Assembly: GCA_028534125.1 (NCBI GenBank)
Contig: CM052832.1
Span: 20,958,001 to 21,022,000, forward strand
DNA length: 64,000 nucleotides
Direction of reading: 5' to 3'
DNA from: Lama glama
Lineage: Eukaryota
The notes below the pieces were generated by a model. The model ran no database searches. It worked only from the letters and a program-made list of their open reading frames with translations, and was not told the origin of the DNA. The first letter of the stretch is position 1. Each line of letters opens with the position of its first letter. Both the position numbers and the translations under genes were made by a program. Of this stretch, positions 37,231-52,031 are shown one piece after another.

Positions 37231-40200
37231 TGACATAATTAATGGTTGAGTTCATCAGCATTACCAATATTAAATTGTGGAAGATCCAAACTTCAATAAC
37301 CCTGTCTCTAAAGCAGAGTTCTGTCAGCTCGTACTGAATTTGAGCTAAAAACAATCCAAATGCCCTGGGCTCATGTCTCATCAAAGGAGTACATATGACA
37401 ATGATCTTCTGTGTTTGAAGACCATGCCTCAGGACTGTTGAAATGTTTGCAGCATCTGTGGAAATTAACCTTGAGTTTTAGGAAACTTCGTGTATACATG
37501 AGCCAGTCAAACAGCTGGAAAAGACCAAAGTGGTATGTACTCGGGAAATATAACTAGCCCACATGGAAATCAAATCAATGATTCTGATTTGAGTATAATT
37601 ATCTACGCTGATCTATTCGGTACCACCTTATTCAGGCACTAGCTGGAACACCAAGCTAGGGTCCCGGGGAGAGGAATATTTGACAGCAAAAGCATATATC
37701 CAGAAAATATTAGCACTGAACAGATCTTACAGGTCACCTGGGAAAACTATTCCATTTGTACAAAGAAACAGAGGTAGAGAGAAATAGTCCCATGCCCAAG
37801 ATCACAAAGCGGGCTGCAGGGGAGGCATGGCCATGTGCCAGTGAACTTGGTGCTCTAGGAAGTGCAGAGTGCATCAGCTCCGGCTCAGCACGGTGTCCCG
37901 AGCCTTAACAAGTTCTGGGCACACGGGAGGCAACTGAGGAATATTTGAACACATGAATAAAGAATTGACGAATAAACAACAAACGGGCCAGACCTCCATA
38001 CTTTTGCATCAGAAGTAGTGTGGACTAATAAATGCTTTGTTCTAAAAGCATGTTCTCTGTGTAACTTTCTTTCTGATGTTGAACTGAGCATTTAGTCCTT
38101 CAGACACCACAGTAAACTGCTGACCAAGTGCAAGTAACCTGAAGGAGTAGAAACACCACTCGAGGCAGCTAATTTCAACCAAAGGCATTATTTATGCATG
38201 ATGAGACTCTCTGTCTGGAACATCAGTGATGTCTACCCTTGATGACGACTCACAGTGGACTTGGGCAAAGTGTTCTAACACTGTCTCATCTTGGGGCTTC
38301 CCAGGACTTGCAAAATGGAAGCCTGATTGCTTAGAGAGGTTATGGCTTATTTCACATTATCTACACCCACTCATTCATCACTATGTGACTGAGTGGTCTA
38401 CAAAGCAAGCTCAAAGCACTCTGACTATTCCTGTTTGCCATATTTCCCCTTCCTGACAACAGACGGGACAGGTGCTGCCCCCTGGGACTTTGCAATGGCG
38501 ATAAGTGCTCCTACTTGATCACCATAATATCTAAGTACCTTGCCCAGCTCCACAGTTGAAGGTCAAGTGGAAACAACCTGCATTCCTTCCACAGGTGTTG
38601 GCCTTTTAAAAGGAATGCAGACTTTGAGCTCCATTTACGTTTTCAAAATATTGCTTTTTCTTTGAACTAACTTGGATTGTGTAACTTTATCCACAGACTG
38701 TGCAATTTTACATTCACCCAGGCTGTATTTCTGTGACACGGCTCTTAATATTTCAACTATTTAAAATTTTAAAAAGTCCTTAGAGAATCTCACAAGGGAG
38801 AGCTAGAAAATAAATTGTCTTCAACATTTCCCTGTAAATTCCACAAACATGTATAATAATGCATAATAATTCTATAATCAACATGTATAATTACGTGTGC
38901 ATGCCTATTTTAGGGGAAATAGGGGGGAATGGCCATCTTAGCTAAAAGGGCCAGAATATTCAACAGCCATTTTTGGCGCCGCTTTCTAGGTCTGCACCCA
39001 GGACTCCTTAGCAGTAGGCCATTAGAGACCAGAAGTAATCAAGGGTAGAAAAAGGTCCCCGCTGCTTTATCACTCGACTTCTAAATGGAAACAATCAAAT
39101 ACATCTGGCTAGCTTACAAAAATTCTGCAAGCTTCCCCAACTGCTGCAAAGCAACAACAAATGATATTATATCACTCAATCACAGAATAATTAAAACATT
39201 TAAAATATAAGACCTCTGGAAATAAATATTTTAGGTAACACTTTCTGAGTTCTATGCTTTATTGACATAATGCTCTTCTGGAAAAACTGATAATACCACA
39301 TGCACCAAAAAAAAAAAAAAGTTCTGACATACTAAAAAGAAACGCACATAGGTACTTTTCATTTCATTTCACACACACCCAGTTTTCCAGGATGAGACAC
39401 ACACACACCTTGACAGAAGTGAAATGGCAGATTCAAAACAAATTCAAAACATTTACAAGATAAATATAGACATCTGAGGAGGGTTTTCCCCCTATTAAAT
39501 CTGCAAGGCTATCAACAGAATCGGTTTATTTTAAGACTGCTTGCCCAATATATAAATTTTCCTTTGTGTTTGAAATACTTTTATCAGATAAGATAGCTTT
39601 TGTTTAAATGGCTATTTTCAGAATTTGCTTTGGAGGTTTTGAATACACACAGGGAAGTAACTTGAGATTTCCTACCCTGCTTTAAAATGTGTTTCTTCTG
39701 TCTGTTTGTATTTAGTAATTTCCTGTCAAATAACCTCACATAATTAACTTTCCTTGCTCCAACCCACTTTTCTTTTTTTTCCCCCCCCATTTCTACTTCC
39801 TGAGGACGGTAATAAAAACGCTGATTACATTCGGCTGTTATCTGCACTTCCTCCATCCCCCACCTCCCTCCCTCCATCAGAGCCCACTCTCAGGTTTCAG
39901 CAGTTGGACCAGGAGAGACCTGGAACCAAAAGGAAGCCAATCAGACTTGGGAACTTCCTGTTCACTCACATTTATTGAGTAGTCCTACAGCTGAGCTGGG
40001 GCCAATGAGTAGTGGGAGGTATGACCTGTTTTTCCACCCCCACAGTCAGTGAAACCCATGGACAAAACCCGCCACCCCACAGCCAGATGTTCCTGACATG
40101 CAGGAATGGACTCCTCCCAGCCTTTGGTCAGGAATGAGGAGCAATAGCCTAGGGGAAAACGCCCACCAGCATATACAGAAATAGAAATGTTCTATGTGTC

Positions 40201-40443
40201 GGCTTTTTTCATATTGCTGAGCAGATCAGTACAGGTTACTTCTTGATAAGTAATCTTTCATTTCGCACTAATTAAGCACTTCATAGAAATTATACCAGGA
40301 ATCTGTTTAACTTATTTACCGAGGCATTCCCAACATACACTTCCAAAGATGTGACATGAGAAGAAAAAGCAAAAAATGTTGTGACTATGTCAAATTTAGT
40401 GTTGGTACTTCCAGAACACAATGACAGATCACCCTCACGTACG

Positions 40444-40745
40444 TCAGTTTCTTACCCTAGTACTGCTGACACACTGAACCAAAGAATTCTTTGTTATGGG
40501 AGGCTGTCCTATACACTGTAGGCTTAGCTTTATTTTTACCCTAGTGCCACTGACATGTCTGACCAAGCATTTCTTTGTTGTGGGGGAGGCATCCTGCTCA
40601 TTGTCCTATAGGATGTTTAGCAGCATCCATGACCTCCAGACACTAGATTTAAGTAGTATCTTCAACCCACTATTGTTCATGACAATCAAGTGTCTCTAGA
40701 CACTGGCAAATGCCCTGGGGACAAAAATCACCCTCAGCTGGAAAA
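40444..40745. mobile_element. MER20 (hAT-Charlie) with duplicated left portion
   Basis: aattctttgttatgggaggctgtcct...ggatgtttagcagcatcc...tgtctctagacactggcaaatgccctggggacaaaa. Confidence 0.85.
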
Positions 40746-41129
40746 TAATCATATATATTAAACTCAAAATAGTAGAGCTGCATCTTCATTTCTTACAGAC
40801 AAAAACACAATTTGTGAAAACTCTAGCTTCATCATACGAAGGATTCAACCTTAAAATTCCACGAAGGGTCTCCATTCTGACCACTAAACATTTCAAGTGA
40901 AATGATGGTGATTTCATATGATGGTGCCTTACAACACTCAAAGAGAAGTCCCAAGGGACAAAACTCATAAACATCTTTACTGATCAGAATCAGACCAAAA
41001 ATGCCCACTAGCAAGAGAGTAAAGCACAGGATGCTGGAATCCAGAGCTATCCAAGGTAATCGTGGTTGAATCTGACACCTGACAGGTCACTGAGCATAGT
41101 CCATAAGCAAGCAGGTTCCCTCCAAGGTG

Positions 41130-43170
41130 TACTGCCCTAGAGAAACACTGAAATCCATACTTCAGTTGACAGGCACAACAATGTCCATAAAAGCACTGCT
41201 CCTGATAGCAAACAGTGGAAACACAACACCACTAATGGGAGAACAAATACACTGCAGTATATGTAGAATGTAACATTCATAGCTACAGTAGAAAAACTGT
41301 GGCTACGGGTAACACTGATGAATCTGAGAGGCATTATTTTGAATGAAGAACAAGTCACAGAAGACTACCTACAATGTGCTCATAGTACTATGAAGTTCTA
41401 ATATAAGCAAATCTAAATATATTCAATCTATTTTTAAAACCAATTTAAACCTATTTTTAAAAACCAAATGTGTGTGTTTTTAAAGGCAAAAGGGTAAGAC
41501 TCAACTCAGACCAGTGGTTTCCTCTCGGGAGGAAGTAAGGGATTAAACTCAGGTAAACTGAACTGCATTAGAAACGCCTGTGGTAAGTTACCAGGTATTC
41601 ATTTAATATTATGCTTCATAATACATATATATATAGTATGTGTTTGGGGGTGTGTGTATTCTTTCTACCAAATAACTTTTAAATGTCTCCTTTAGAAAAC
41701 AGGGGGGGGGGTGAGCCCTAAGAAAAATTATGCTAAAACAAAAATCAAAAGCAAGTATTAAAGAATGTACTTCAGTAAAATAAAAAGTGAATCCAAGGGA
41801 TTTTAAAAAAATGGGAAAATAAACCAAAAATTGGCAAAATATCAGTGATTTGATTGACTGAGAAAGTAATAACCAATTGAAGCTAAACTGGGTAAAGTTA
41901 AAAATCCAGGCCAATAAAAACAAGTTGAGGGGCACTGTTTAATGGAGAGTTAAGACATGCTAAAGTGTTTTTCACATTCAAGAGGAGGGTAAACTGGATA
42001 AGTAAGCATATAGTTTTTTTTTAGAAAAATTTATAGTTATATAATACAAAGGATATTAAACATTTAAAAGCAATCACTGGAAAACACTAGAAATTTCATC
42101 TATGCCTTCCAGTCCAACAGAGAGGGAAAAATATCAGCAGAAGTTCTATGGAGTCACATCAGCAAATGGGGGGAGGGGGGCAGGAAAAAAATGGCAAATA
42201 GGAATGACTAAGTTTTAAGCGGGTAGAAATAAGTCAAAATAGGTATGTAATTACAGTAAGTGTGAATTTCCAAAACACAATAAAAGAGAATCCGATGCAG
42301 GATCAAAAGAGAAATCCAAAACACCACTCCAAGAAAGACTGAATATGCAGGATCAGAAAAGATACACCAGGCAAATACAAACTTCAAGCACCATTTTGAT
42401 ACCAATATCAGAAAAAGTAGAATTTAAGGGAAAAACATCTAAAGGTTAAAGAACGACTCTACATAATAAAAGGAATAATTTATGAATTTGTAACCATCAG
42501 ATGCTTGGGTTCACTGAAAGATACAGCCTTAAAAAGGAAAATAAAAACTAACAGAGTTGTGGGGAGAGCTTGTCAAGCCCAAAACGATAAAGATTTTAAC
42601 ACACCTATGTAGAACACTATTAAGCAAGGAAAATATTAGTAATGATGTGAACAATTATAAAAGATTTATTTATGTATCAAAAATACACATAGAAACCAGT
42701 AGTCAGAAGCTAGTATATATCCATTCTTTCTACATACATATGAAGCAGTTACTAAAGTTGACACTGTACTAAGTGAAACATGATGTCTCAATAACAGTTC
42801 AAAGAATCCACAGCATATAGAACTTGTTCTTGAAGTTTAAAGTCAAAATAGAAAATAGAGATACTTAAATCTTTAAATGGGAGAAGAATGAAAAATAATG
42901 AGTTAATTATCCAACTTAAGATGAAAAAGAATATGCACAAAGTAGAAGGAAGGAAACAATAAAGATACTAAAAAATACATAAATGAAATACAGAAATGAC
43001 CAAGTAAGCCAGAAGCTTTTCTAAAAAATTAAGATATGATGCTCTGGCAAGGTTAAGAAAAAAGAGAAAGCATAAGTAAACTATATCAGGAAGGATAAAA
43101 CCATATAAAGACACAAGAGAGATTAAAATAAGAGAACCTAAACCATTTATGCCAATAGAATTTTGAATTA
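41130..43170 (+). mobile_element. Old L1 fragments (3' UTR, then ORF2 endonuclease-region remnants)
   Basis: gatgaatctgagaggcattattttgaatgaa; aaaagatacaccaggcaaatac...atatcagaaaaagtagaatttaagg. Confidence 0.75.
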
Positions 43171-43407
43171 CATAGCTCTGTAGTTTCTCTTTATCGAAGT
43201 TATCACAGCTAATAATTGAGGAATTAGTACACTGCCCATTTGGAAATCCTAAAGAAATAATCCAACTGGGTCATGATGATTATCAATGGCTGTTAAGATC
43301 ATAAAAAGATGACTAGATATCACAAGCCTCCTGATGGAAGAACACAACATTACTGATAATTCTTGCCCCCTTCTCACAAAAATCTAAATCCAAGCAAATC
43401 TCTAGAC

Positions 43408-43597
43408 CAGTGCTGTCCAAGAGATCTGTGATCACGAAAACACTGCATATTTGTTATCCAATACAGTAGCCGCCAGCTACATGTAAGTATTACACATCTG
43501 AAATGTGGCTAGTGCAACTGGGGAATTAAATTTTAATTTCATTTAACTGTAATTAGCTTTAAATATTCATATATGGCTATTTTATTGGACAGTTCAG
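43408..43597. mobile_element. MER3 (hAT-Charlie), near complete
   Basis: Termini cagtgctgtccaa...ttggacagttcag; TSD ctctagac/ctctaaac. Confidence 0.88.
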
Positions 43598-44099
43598 CTC
43601 TAAACCTAACTACCAATTTATAGGACACACAGAAAACAAAAGAACACGATACTTAGTAAACCCAAACATCGAGTGTGTATACATATACTTATATAGAGTG
43701 AGAGGGAGGGAGGGAGGACACAAAGGAAGAAACCTAATTGTACACTAATAGGGAAACTGATAGATGGATGATACACCCAAGCAAGATATATTACTTAGCC
43801 TTAAAAAGAATGGCTCCTATAAATATGCTAAGTTATAAAGTTATCCTTGATCTGTTGTTATGTAAAAAACAGATGAAGATTAATACATAAAGATGTTATT
43901 TTGCAATATGTGTGTGTGAATGTGTATATTCAGGAATAGATACAGCTATGTGAACTTTGAGAAAACAAAGAAACATAATCTAAATGGTACTTACCATTAG
44001 AGGATGGAAATTTTACAAAAAGGTAAATTTATAGTTGATGTCTTGATGTAGTTCAAGTTTACAACTTTAATATGAAAAACTGTAACATTGCAAGAATTG

Positions 44100-44760
44100 A
44101 TAAAACATTAAAATCAGAAAAAAGGATCTTCTATAACTCCTTTTAGTCAACATTGTACTAAAGTCCTAACCAACAAAATAACAGTCATAATGTAATAGGT
44201 GAATAACCAGAAAGGAATTTTTTTCAACTGTTGTTATTGGTAGACTACATGCTGTCTACACAGAAAATCTAACAATCAAAAAATAAAAGAAACATTTAAC
44301 AAGGTCCCTGGGTATATACTGAACAGAAGAGAATTAGAAGCATTGCTATAAATCATTAAAATTGTTCAAAAAATCATAAAACCATGTACAACAGAAAAAA
44401 ATTTTTTTAAAGAACTGTAAGACCACTGTCTTAAAAATAAAAGAAAATTACAGTAAGTGGAGACAGATAATTAACTCATGAATGGATAGGTTCAAAACTG
44501 AAAAATCTCAATTCTCCCCCAAATAATCTACAAATTAAATGCAATCAATAAAAATGCTGTTTTGCGGACCACGACAAGCCCAATCCTAAGTCAGAAAACC
44601 AAAAGGCAAAGAGTACAAAATTTTTCAAGAACAAAAACTTGGGAGGACATACCCTACGAGGGAACAAGGCTCTTTAAATAAAGTCAGTCATTGGGACAAG
44701 CTAATACAGTGCAGGACTGACAGCTAGACCATCAGACAGAATCATTCCCACCACAGATTC
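44100..44760 (+). mobile_element. Old L1 ORF2 remnant (RT region)
   Basis: caacattgtact...gtcctaacc; caattctccccaaataatctacaaattaaatgcaatc. Confidence 0.7.
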
Positions 44761-46909
44761 AGTAATGTGTGAAAACGGAGGACAAAATGCAGTTGCTGGG
44801 CAGCCTGATATCTAGGGTTTGGGACCCAACACAACATGCATACATATGAGACTTACAGAATATTGAAGCCAGAGAATTCTCTGTGGAGATGTTCATAGGG
44901 ACAGTGAATTCTGGGGGCAGTGAGAACCTCCAGGTCACAGACACAGCATGAAGTTGGCTCTCCTGGATGGATGGATAGACGGATGGACAGACAGATGGCA
45001 GCAGGAAGAACAGTGATGAGGGACACACAACAACCACACAAACAGCGTGAGACTGTGTCGTAAGAACAGCAAGGGTGGTGCATCGGTAACTATTAAAAAC
45101 AAAGATGAGATGGGAGGCAAAGGAATCAGATTTGAAATCAATTCAGACATTTCCATCCCTACCACTATGCTGGGCACGGAGCAGAAACAGACTCAGGACC
45201 CAAGATTCCAATTCAGGACCCGTGACTGAAGAGTGGGGTATCTCAATGCACACACATCATCATCACCAGCAGTATCACCCTGCGGCACGACTGTGAAGCA
45301 ACAAGAGCCCTGAACTCGAAGTCAAAAATATGAGTTCAAGTACTGGTAACTAGAGCACAGTGGTGTAGCCCACATTTGGTTCACATCTGCCTCTGCATCT
45401 ACCAGGATCTTCAATGTCACTCAGCTTCATGCTTCAACATTCCCATGGGTACAATAGGGACAACAGTACCTCTGTAATAGGACTAATGCGAAGACTGAAA
45501 ACTTTCCTATGTACTATGTAGAGAGCACTTAGGAAAGTTCTCAGGAAACACTATGCACTCAATAAACCCCAGCTGCTTTAACCACCAGCTTTCTAGTTAT
45601 TGGGCCCCAGTCCTTGAAATCTGAGTTTCTGCTTTCTTCTTTATAAGAACATAACATTCCCGTCCTCAGAGCATTGCTGTATGGTTGCAGAAGCAAATAA
45701 AAGGAAAAAAGCCTTCGTACATTGCCAGTGTTATACCAACAGTAGTTATACAACTGCATTTCAAAGAATCAAAAGCTCTTTTTTCCTTGTACAGACTATT
45801 TGCTAACTCCCTGGGTTGCAAAGAATTTCAATATAGCAATTTTGCTTCAGAAAATTAGCCACTCTCAGCTCATAATAAAAAATTAAAGGAATATTCTTCA
45901 GAAATCTAGCACATTAATCAGCTGGGTATAGCAGACGGATGTCCAACCATTGGAGATGTCTAAACAATTTGGTTAACCTTTAGCAAAAACATGCAGGCAA
46001 CACTGACAACTAGTGCAGCTAAAAGATGTTAATGTTTCTTTTTAAAGTACTGTGTGCAGTGTTTATCCTTTCTTCTTTTTATTGTGCCTAATTATTTTTT
46101 TTTAATTTAACAAACTCAGGACAAATTTTTGATGAAGTTTTCTTTTCTGCAAGTTAGTCTCAGGATATGAGAAGACATGAAGCGCTAATGTCTGCTTGTG
46201 AGAGAGGCTATCTGAAGGTTTCTGAAAGCAAAATTAGAGAATAACAATATATCCACGGAAAATAGAGAATTTTAAAGTCAGTTTCCTAAAATAACACCCC
46301 TCCACCCCTTAGCACTCCTAATCCACTCTCAAGCCGCCTCCAGGTTCTCTAAGAAGAGGTTAATTACTTTGTGGATTAGTCAAATCCTCTGCCCTTTTCC
46401 TCACAACTGTCCTCACCTCTTTCACGTTTGATAATTCTACTGATTGTAAACTGCCTTTATCGAACAATGAAAGAATGGGAAGGCAAAAATCAAACAGATG
46501 GAGTAATTTAGCATTTCAGCTAGCTCTGACGAAAAGTTAAGGAGAAGAAGTAACAGCTAAAAATGAGGGCTTGAAATTATTTGAGTCAACACATGCATGA
46601 TAAATAATGAAAAGTTAATCACAGCCCACAAGCTCTTTAGAAATGCTGAAGAAGTCCACTGTGCTGGTCACTTTCAGGTACCCAGAGACATATCAGAATG
46701 CCTAATTCATAAGGCACCAAGCAGAAGTGGTCACACTATGTTTTTAGTCTGAGAGGTATGTAGCAGTGTCACAACTAAAATCTTACAATAAAAGACTGCA
46801 AAGATAATCAGTGCATCAAGCCCAGCCAGAGGGGAGAGGGCACAACGGACATAACCAACCAAAGGAGAAGTCAGTCATCAAGGGCATCTCGCGTTCTGCA
46901 GTAAGATGA

Positions 46910-47965
46910 GAAGCAGCCCACATATACAGAAGTTGATTTACGACAAAGGTGGCCCTTCAGGGCATTTGGGAAAGGATGCTATTTTCAACAAATGACTGGT
47001 TCAATTTTGATATCCATTAGGGGGTAAAAAATGGTCCTTTATTTCACAACCAACATAAAAGTCAATTCCCAGTAGACTGAAGATCTACATGTGAAAAAAC
47101 AATCAGGTTTCCAGAAAACACATAGAAGAATATCTCCATGATTTGGGGATAGAAAAAAAATCTTAAACAGAAGACAAAGGACATTAATCACAGAGGAAAA
47201 GACTGATGAATCTGAGTATATTCATACCTCCTGTTCATCAAAAGGCACCATTATGAGAGCAAAAAGGACAACCACAGAGTGAGCAGGCAAAGATATTTGT
47301 AACACACAACTATCAAAGGACTTATTTCCGAAGTTTACAAAGAACTCTTACAAGTCAAAAAAAAAATCAATAAAAATGGGCAATGGCAATGAATTTGGGT
47401 AATATCCTTAGAAAGAGGCTTCCCAAATGTCCCCTCAGAATAAGAAAAGATAATCACCTTCTTAACCGTCAGAGGGAAATGCAAATTAAAATCATGTAGA
47501 GATACTCCTACACCCAGCAGAATGGCTAAAATGAAGAAGTTTGACAACGGCAAATCCTCACAAAGATGTGGAGCAATGAGAAACTTTATACTTCTAGTGG
47601 TAGTATAGAGAAGTACAATCAGTTTCAAAATCTGTTTGGCATTGCCTATTAAAATTGAGTATGTGAAAACTTCACAACCTGGCAATTTTGCTTCTAGAGC
47701 CTGTGTTTGTATAGATGTGTGTATATTTAACAAAACAGTAACACCCATATGTATCGAAAGTTTTGAAGAAAAATGTTCACAGCATCATTACTCACAACAC
47801 CAAAAATAAGAAAACCTATGCCCAAAGTGGATAGTCTATATTCATAGACAAGAATTTTATAGGGTGACTAAAACAAATTTAATCTCTCCAGCATGTTGAA
47901 TAGGGGAGAGAAAGACAAGCTCCAAAGACAAACAACAATATTCCATCTATACAGAGTTCAGTGTC
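46910..47965 (+). mobile_element. Old L1, ORF2 3' end and 3' UTR
   Basis: ttgatttacgacaaaggtg...gggaaaggatg...ttttcaacaaatg; agggaaatgcaaattaaaa; aatgttcacagc. Confidence 0.88.
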
Positions 47966-48604
47966 TGGTCAAACAAGTCCAAAGGACGACAAGAGGGGAT
48001 GGATATATATATAGAAATGCTTCATTTATTTGACCCCAGTAGTTCTCCATCTAGAACTTTTTCTTAAGGAAATGCTGACAAATATGAAAAATTTTAGGCA
48101 TAATATGTCATGTGGCATTATTATAATGGTGAAAAAGGAATATTCAAAAGTAAGGAAATGTAAATTTTAGCATATCTAATGAGTGAAATATCACACAACA
48201 ATAAAAAGTACACTCATGAAGATCACTTACACAAACTGAAAAACATAATAGAAAAAGACTGAAAATAAGCCAGATAAAAATATGCCAACATCTCTACAGT
48301 ATTTAAGTAGACAGGTTTTTTGTGACTTTTTGCTTTTTTTTTTTTAATTTGTTATACTTAGAAAAAGTGTGTTGTTTTTTCAGCAACAGAATGTTGTGAT
48401 CTTCTTTCACTACAGCTGGAAGGGTAAATGAGAGATTCACCCTCGTCCCACTAGATAGGAAACGCACAAAAACAATTCCTGGACAGTAGATGCGAGGTCA
48501 CTTGGGTAACTAACTACTAACTGACCTACCTACATATACCTGTACCTCAGAAGTCTTCATATTATACGACAATTTTGTTTTTTAAAAGGTAAATAAATAT
48601 CATA

Positions 48605-48897
48605 CAGGCATACCTCATTTACTGTACTTCCGAAGATATTGCACTTTTTTTTTTTTTTTTTTTACAAATTTAAGGTTTTTAGCAACTCTGGGAGTCATAC
48701 GATGGTTAGCGTTTTTCACCAATAAGATTTATTAAAGTATGTACATTATTCTCTTAGACATAATGCTACAGCACCCTTAACAGACGACAGTATAGTACAA
48801 ATGTATCTTATGTGCCCTGGGAAACCAAATAAATCGTGTGACTCACTTTATTGCGGTGTTCTGGAACCAAATCTGCAGTATCTCTGAGGTCTGCTTG
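48605..48897. mobile_element. Tigger1-derived MITE
   Basis: TIRs caggcatacctc / gaggtctgcttg, 5' TA; internal ttagacataatgct...ctgggaaaccaaa...tcgtgtgactcactttattgc. Confidence 0.9.
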
Positions 48898-49239
48898 TGT
48901 GATGACGACCAAGCCCAGGAATCCCATGAAATACAGTCTTAAATTTCCCAGGCTCTTGCCCCAAGGACTAAAGAGAAGGCCTCATATTCTTTAGCTGATG
49001 GTTCTAGAACCAACCAGAAATAAAGATGATCAATCTTTCACTTGAAGGCTTGGTGTTTTGGTCACAATTCTATGAGCAGAGCACTAAGCAAGCACAAGGC
49101 TCTGTGCTCTGCCTTGTGAGGTTAATAAAGAGGATAAAACCTATTCCCACCCTCAGGCAGTTTAGCACCTTGTTTACCAAACACATTATATGACAAAAAT
49201 ACACTAAAATCTATCAATGACTAAACATTTATATTAATT

Positions 49240-49650
49240 AGTACCATCCCTATTTTTCTAAGCTCTCACCCAATCTTAGGGGCTTGAAAACTGGAAACTA
49301 CATTTCTCAAATTCCTTTGCCAGCAAGGATTTCAGGTTTGGGGTCTTTGAACAAGACACACTTTTGAATGGAGATGGCAGAATTCATTTGTCTTTGACTC
49401 CAGCAGCAACAGATTTCAGGAGAATCCTACAGCCCAGGCCCCTGTAGTGGGGGCAGCATGGAGCCCTGCTACCATGCAATGACTGAGTGGAAAGTGCTGG
49501 GGCCAGTGAGCACACACACCAGCAGTAGCAGATTCCTGCAGTCCCAGATCTGGACTTCCTTCTCCAGCCCTTTTAGCAATTGTGACCAAATCCCCTGTAT
49601 TAAATCCCTCTCTGCTTGAAATAGGTTCCATGTCCCTGACTGACCTGTGA
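49240..49650 (+). mobile_element. LTR33-like ERVL solo LTR
   Basis: gaaactacatttctcaaattcctttgccagc...cccctgtattaaatccctctctgcttgaaata. Confidence 0.75.
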
Positions 49651-49729
49651 CTATGAGTTGCCAAGAAGCAGAATCACCTCTTCTGATCCCTTTTGGACAA
49701 AGGTTAAATATTAGTATATGAGACATAGG

Positions 49730-49860
49730 TTTCTTTCTTTTTTTTTCATTGTCATATTATTTTTCATCATAGGTTACTGTAAGATATTGAATATAGTTCC
49801 CTGTGCTATACAGTAGAAACTCCTTTATCTATTTTACATATACAGTAGTATCTGCAAATA
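49730..49860 (-). mobile_element. L1 3' UTR fragment, minus orientation
   Basis: ataggttactgtaagatattgaatatagttccctgtgctatacag is the reverse complement of the 3' UTR seen at ~29090 and ~30140; T-rich left end. Confidence 0.85.
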
Positions 49861-52031
49861 AGACAGTTTTCTAACTACAGCAACTCTTTCATTTTTTTAA
49901 ACCATTATTATGAGTTTCCTTTAATTTTCAAAAACACAGAATATGGTAAAGTAGGAAAAAAACACAAGTTTCCACCTCAAACATTTGACAAACATGCACA
50001 CTCTGGATTCCTTACGTTTATCCTATAGAAAAGGACCAATACACTAAGTACAGTGTGACACTTCTTGAGTTAAGGACAATTATATCATTACTAAAAAGTC
50101 TGCTTTTAAATTAAGGTTATCAAAATTATCATCATGCTCAAGCATGTGAGTGTATATATGCATACATACTTATATACCATATGCCTTTCAAATTCTGTCC
50201 GATTACATAGATTTCCATATTCCTGTATACAAAAAAAACCTAACTATATTCCATAATTCAGATTACCTAGAACCATGTAGGACTCATCAACAGTATGGAA
50301 ATCCAGACAGTCCTTCCAATCTACATGCATGACTGCTTTAGTATGAGAGGGAAAAAGTCACCCACTATGTTATTCTACAATCAATACTGTAATGGCCAGA
50401 TTTCTGGTTCTGGATAAGATGGTGTAAAACATACTTCACCTACCTCTACTATTGAATAAAGCTATAAAACCTGGACAGATGACACAGAGCAGCTATTTGA
50501 AACCTCTGAAAAGTAAATAGCAGCAGGCAAACCTCAGAAGTCCACTGGAATCTGAAGTACAATCAAACTGGCAGTGGGTTTACCATTTATTTTCCAGCTG
50601 TATCCTCTAGCCTGAACTTAAAATAGCTGGAAACCTAGAAATGAGCATTGTGGTGGCAGAGGAGAAAGCTCTAGGAGCCCTCTAATTCTCACTCATGGGA
50701 CAAAAAAGGAGACTCAATATTCATGGGAGCGTGGAAATTCCACAATTTTGTTCCCTCCTTTTTCTGTCACTTTTCTCAGGACCTTGTTCCCAGGAAATTC
50801 CGTTGCAGTGACCAGTAATGGAGGTCAGAGAGAGTGAAAACCCTAAGCGAGGGGAATCTTTCTATCCATTAGGTGGAGGTGTGGTCACGAGAAGCTGAGG
50901 CCAACCCCTGCGCTTCTTTTACTCTCTCTCTCCTCCTGCTGGTTGGGCCCAAAAAAAAGCCCACATGGCAAAGTGCACAGCAGATTCTAAGAGGACTGAA
51001 AAGCTAAACTTTAAGGAACTAAAATGTACCAGGGAGGAAGATGCTCAGGCAAGTGACCCTATAACATCGTTTATGAATTCCAGGGATTGTCACCAAGTCA
51101 AGAATGTGTCAACCAGATTGTAATTAGCATACCAAAGGCTGTGAGAACTGAATTCTCAAATGGAACACTACACAGGTGACAGACTGACCAATGGGTTGCA
51201 CACACCCAGAACAGAACCAGAGTACTATCATGACTTTGAAAAGTGGACTGATACTGAAATAGCTCCCTTAAGGTAGGTTGGAACTTGTAGCCTGAACCTA
51301 AGTCAATGGCCTGCTTTCAAAAAAAAAAAAAAAAAAAAAGCAACATTCTTCATAAGATTTAAACATAACCCAGAGTCTCATAATGTAATCTTCAAAATAT
51401 CCAGGACAGATTCCAAAATTACTCAACATACCAAGAACCATGAGAATTTCAACTCACACAGGAAAAGATAGTCAACAGATGCCAATGCCGACATGATACA
51501 GATGTTGAAATTATGTGACAAAAACTTTAAGGCAGCTATTATACAAATGTTTCAATGACCAATCATGAACATTCTTGAAACAAACATGAAAATAAATAGC
51601 CTCAGCAAAGAAATAGAAAGTATAAAGAAGAAACAAATGGAAATACTAAAACTGGAGTTGACAATAACCAAAATTTAAAATTCACTTGATGGACTCCAGA
51701 TCAGAGTGGAGATTGCAGATGAATGTCAGCAGATCTGAAGATAAATCAACAGAAATTACCTAATCTGAACAGAGACAAAAGGGTTGATAAATAAATGAGA
51801 AGAGCTTCAGAGATGTGTGACTGAATAGCAGAAGGCGTAAGATTCATGTCATTGAAGTGCCTGAAAGATACAGGAAAAAGTGTGTGCTAAAAACATTTCA
51901 AGAAACAAGAGTGGAAAATTTCTCAATTCTGGCAAAAGACAAATGTACAGATTCAATTATCTGAGCAAATCCCAAGCCACGTGAAATTTTTGGGGTTTAT
52001 CCTAAGAGAAACTGCTAAAAACTAAAGATAT

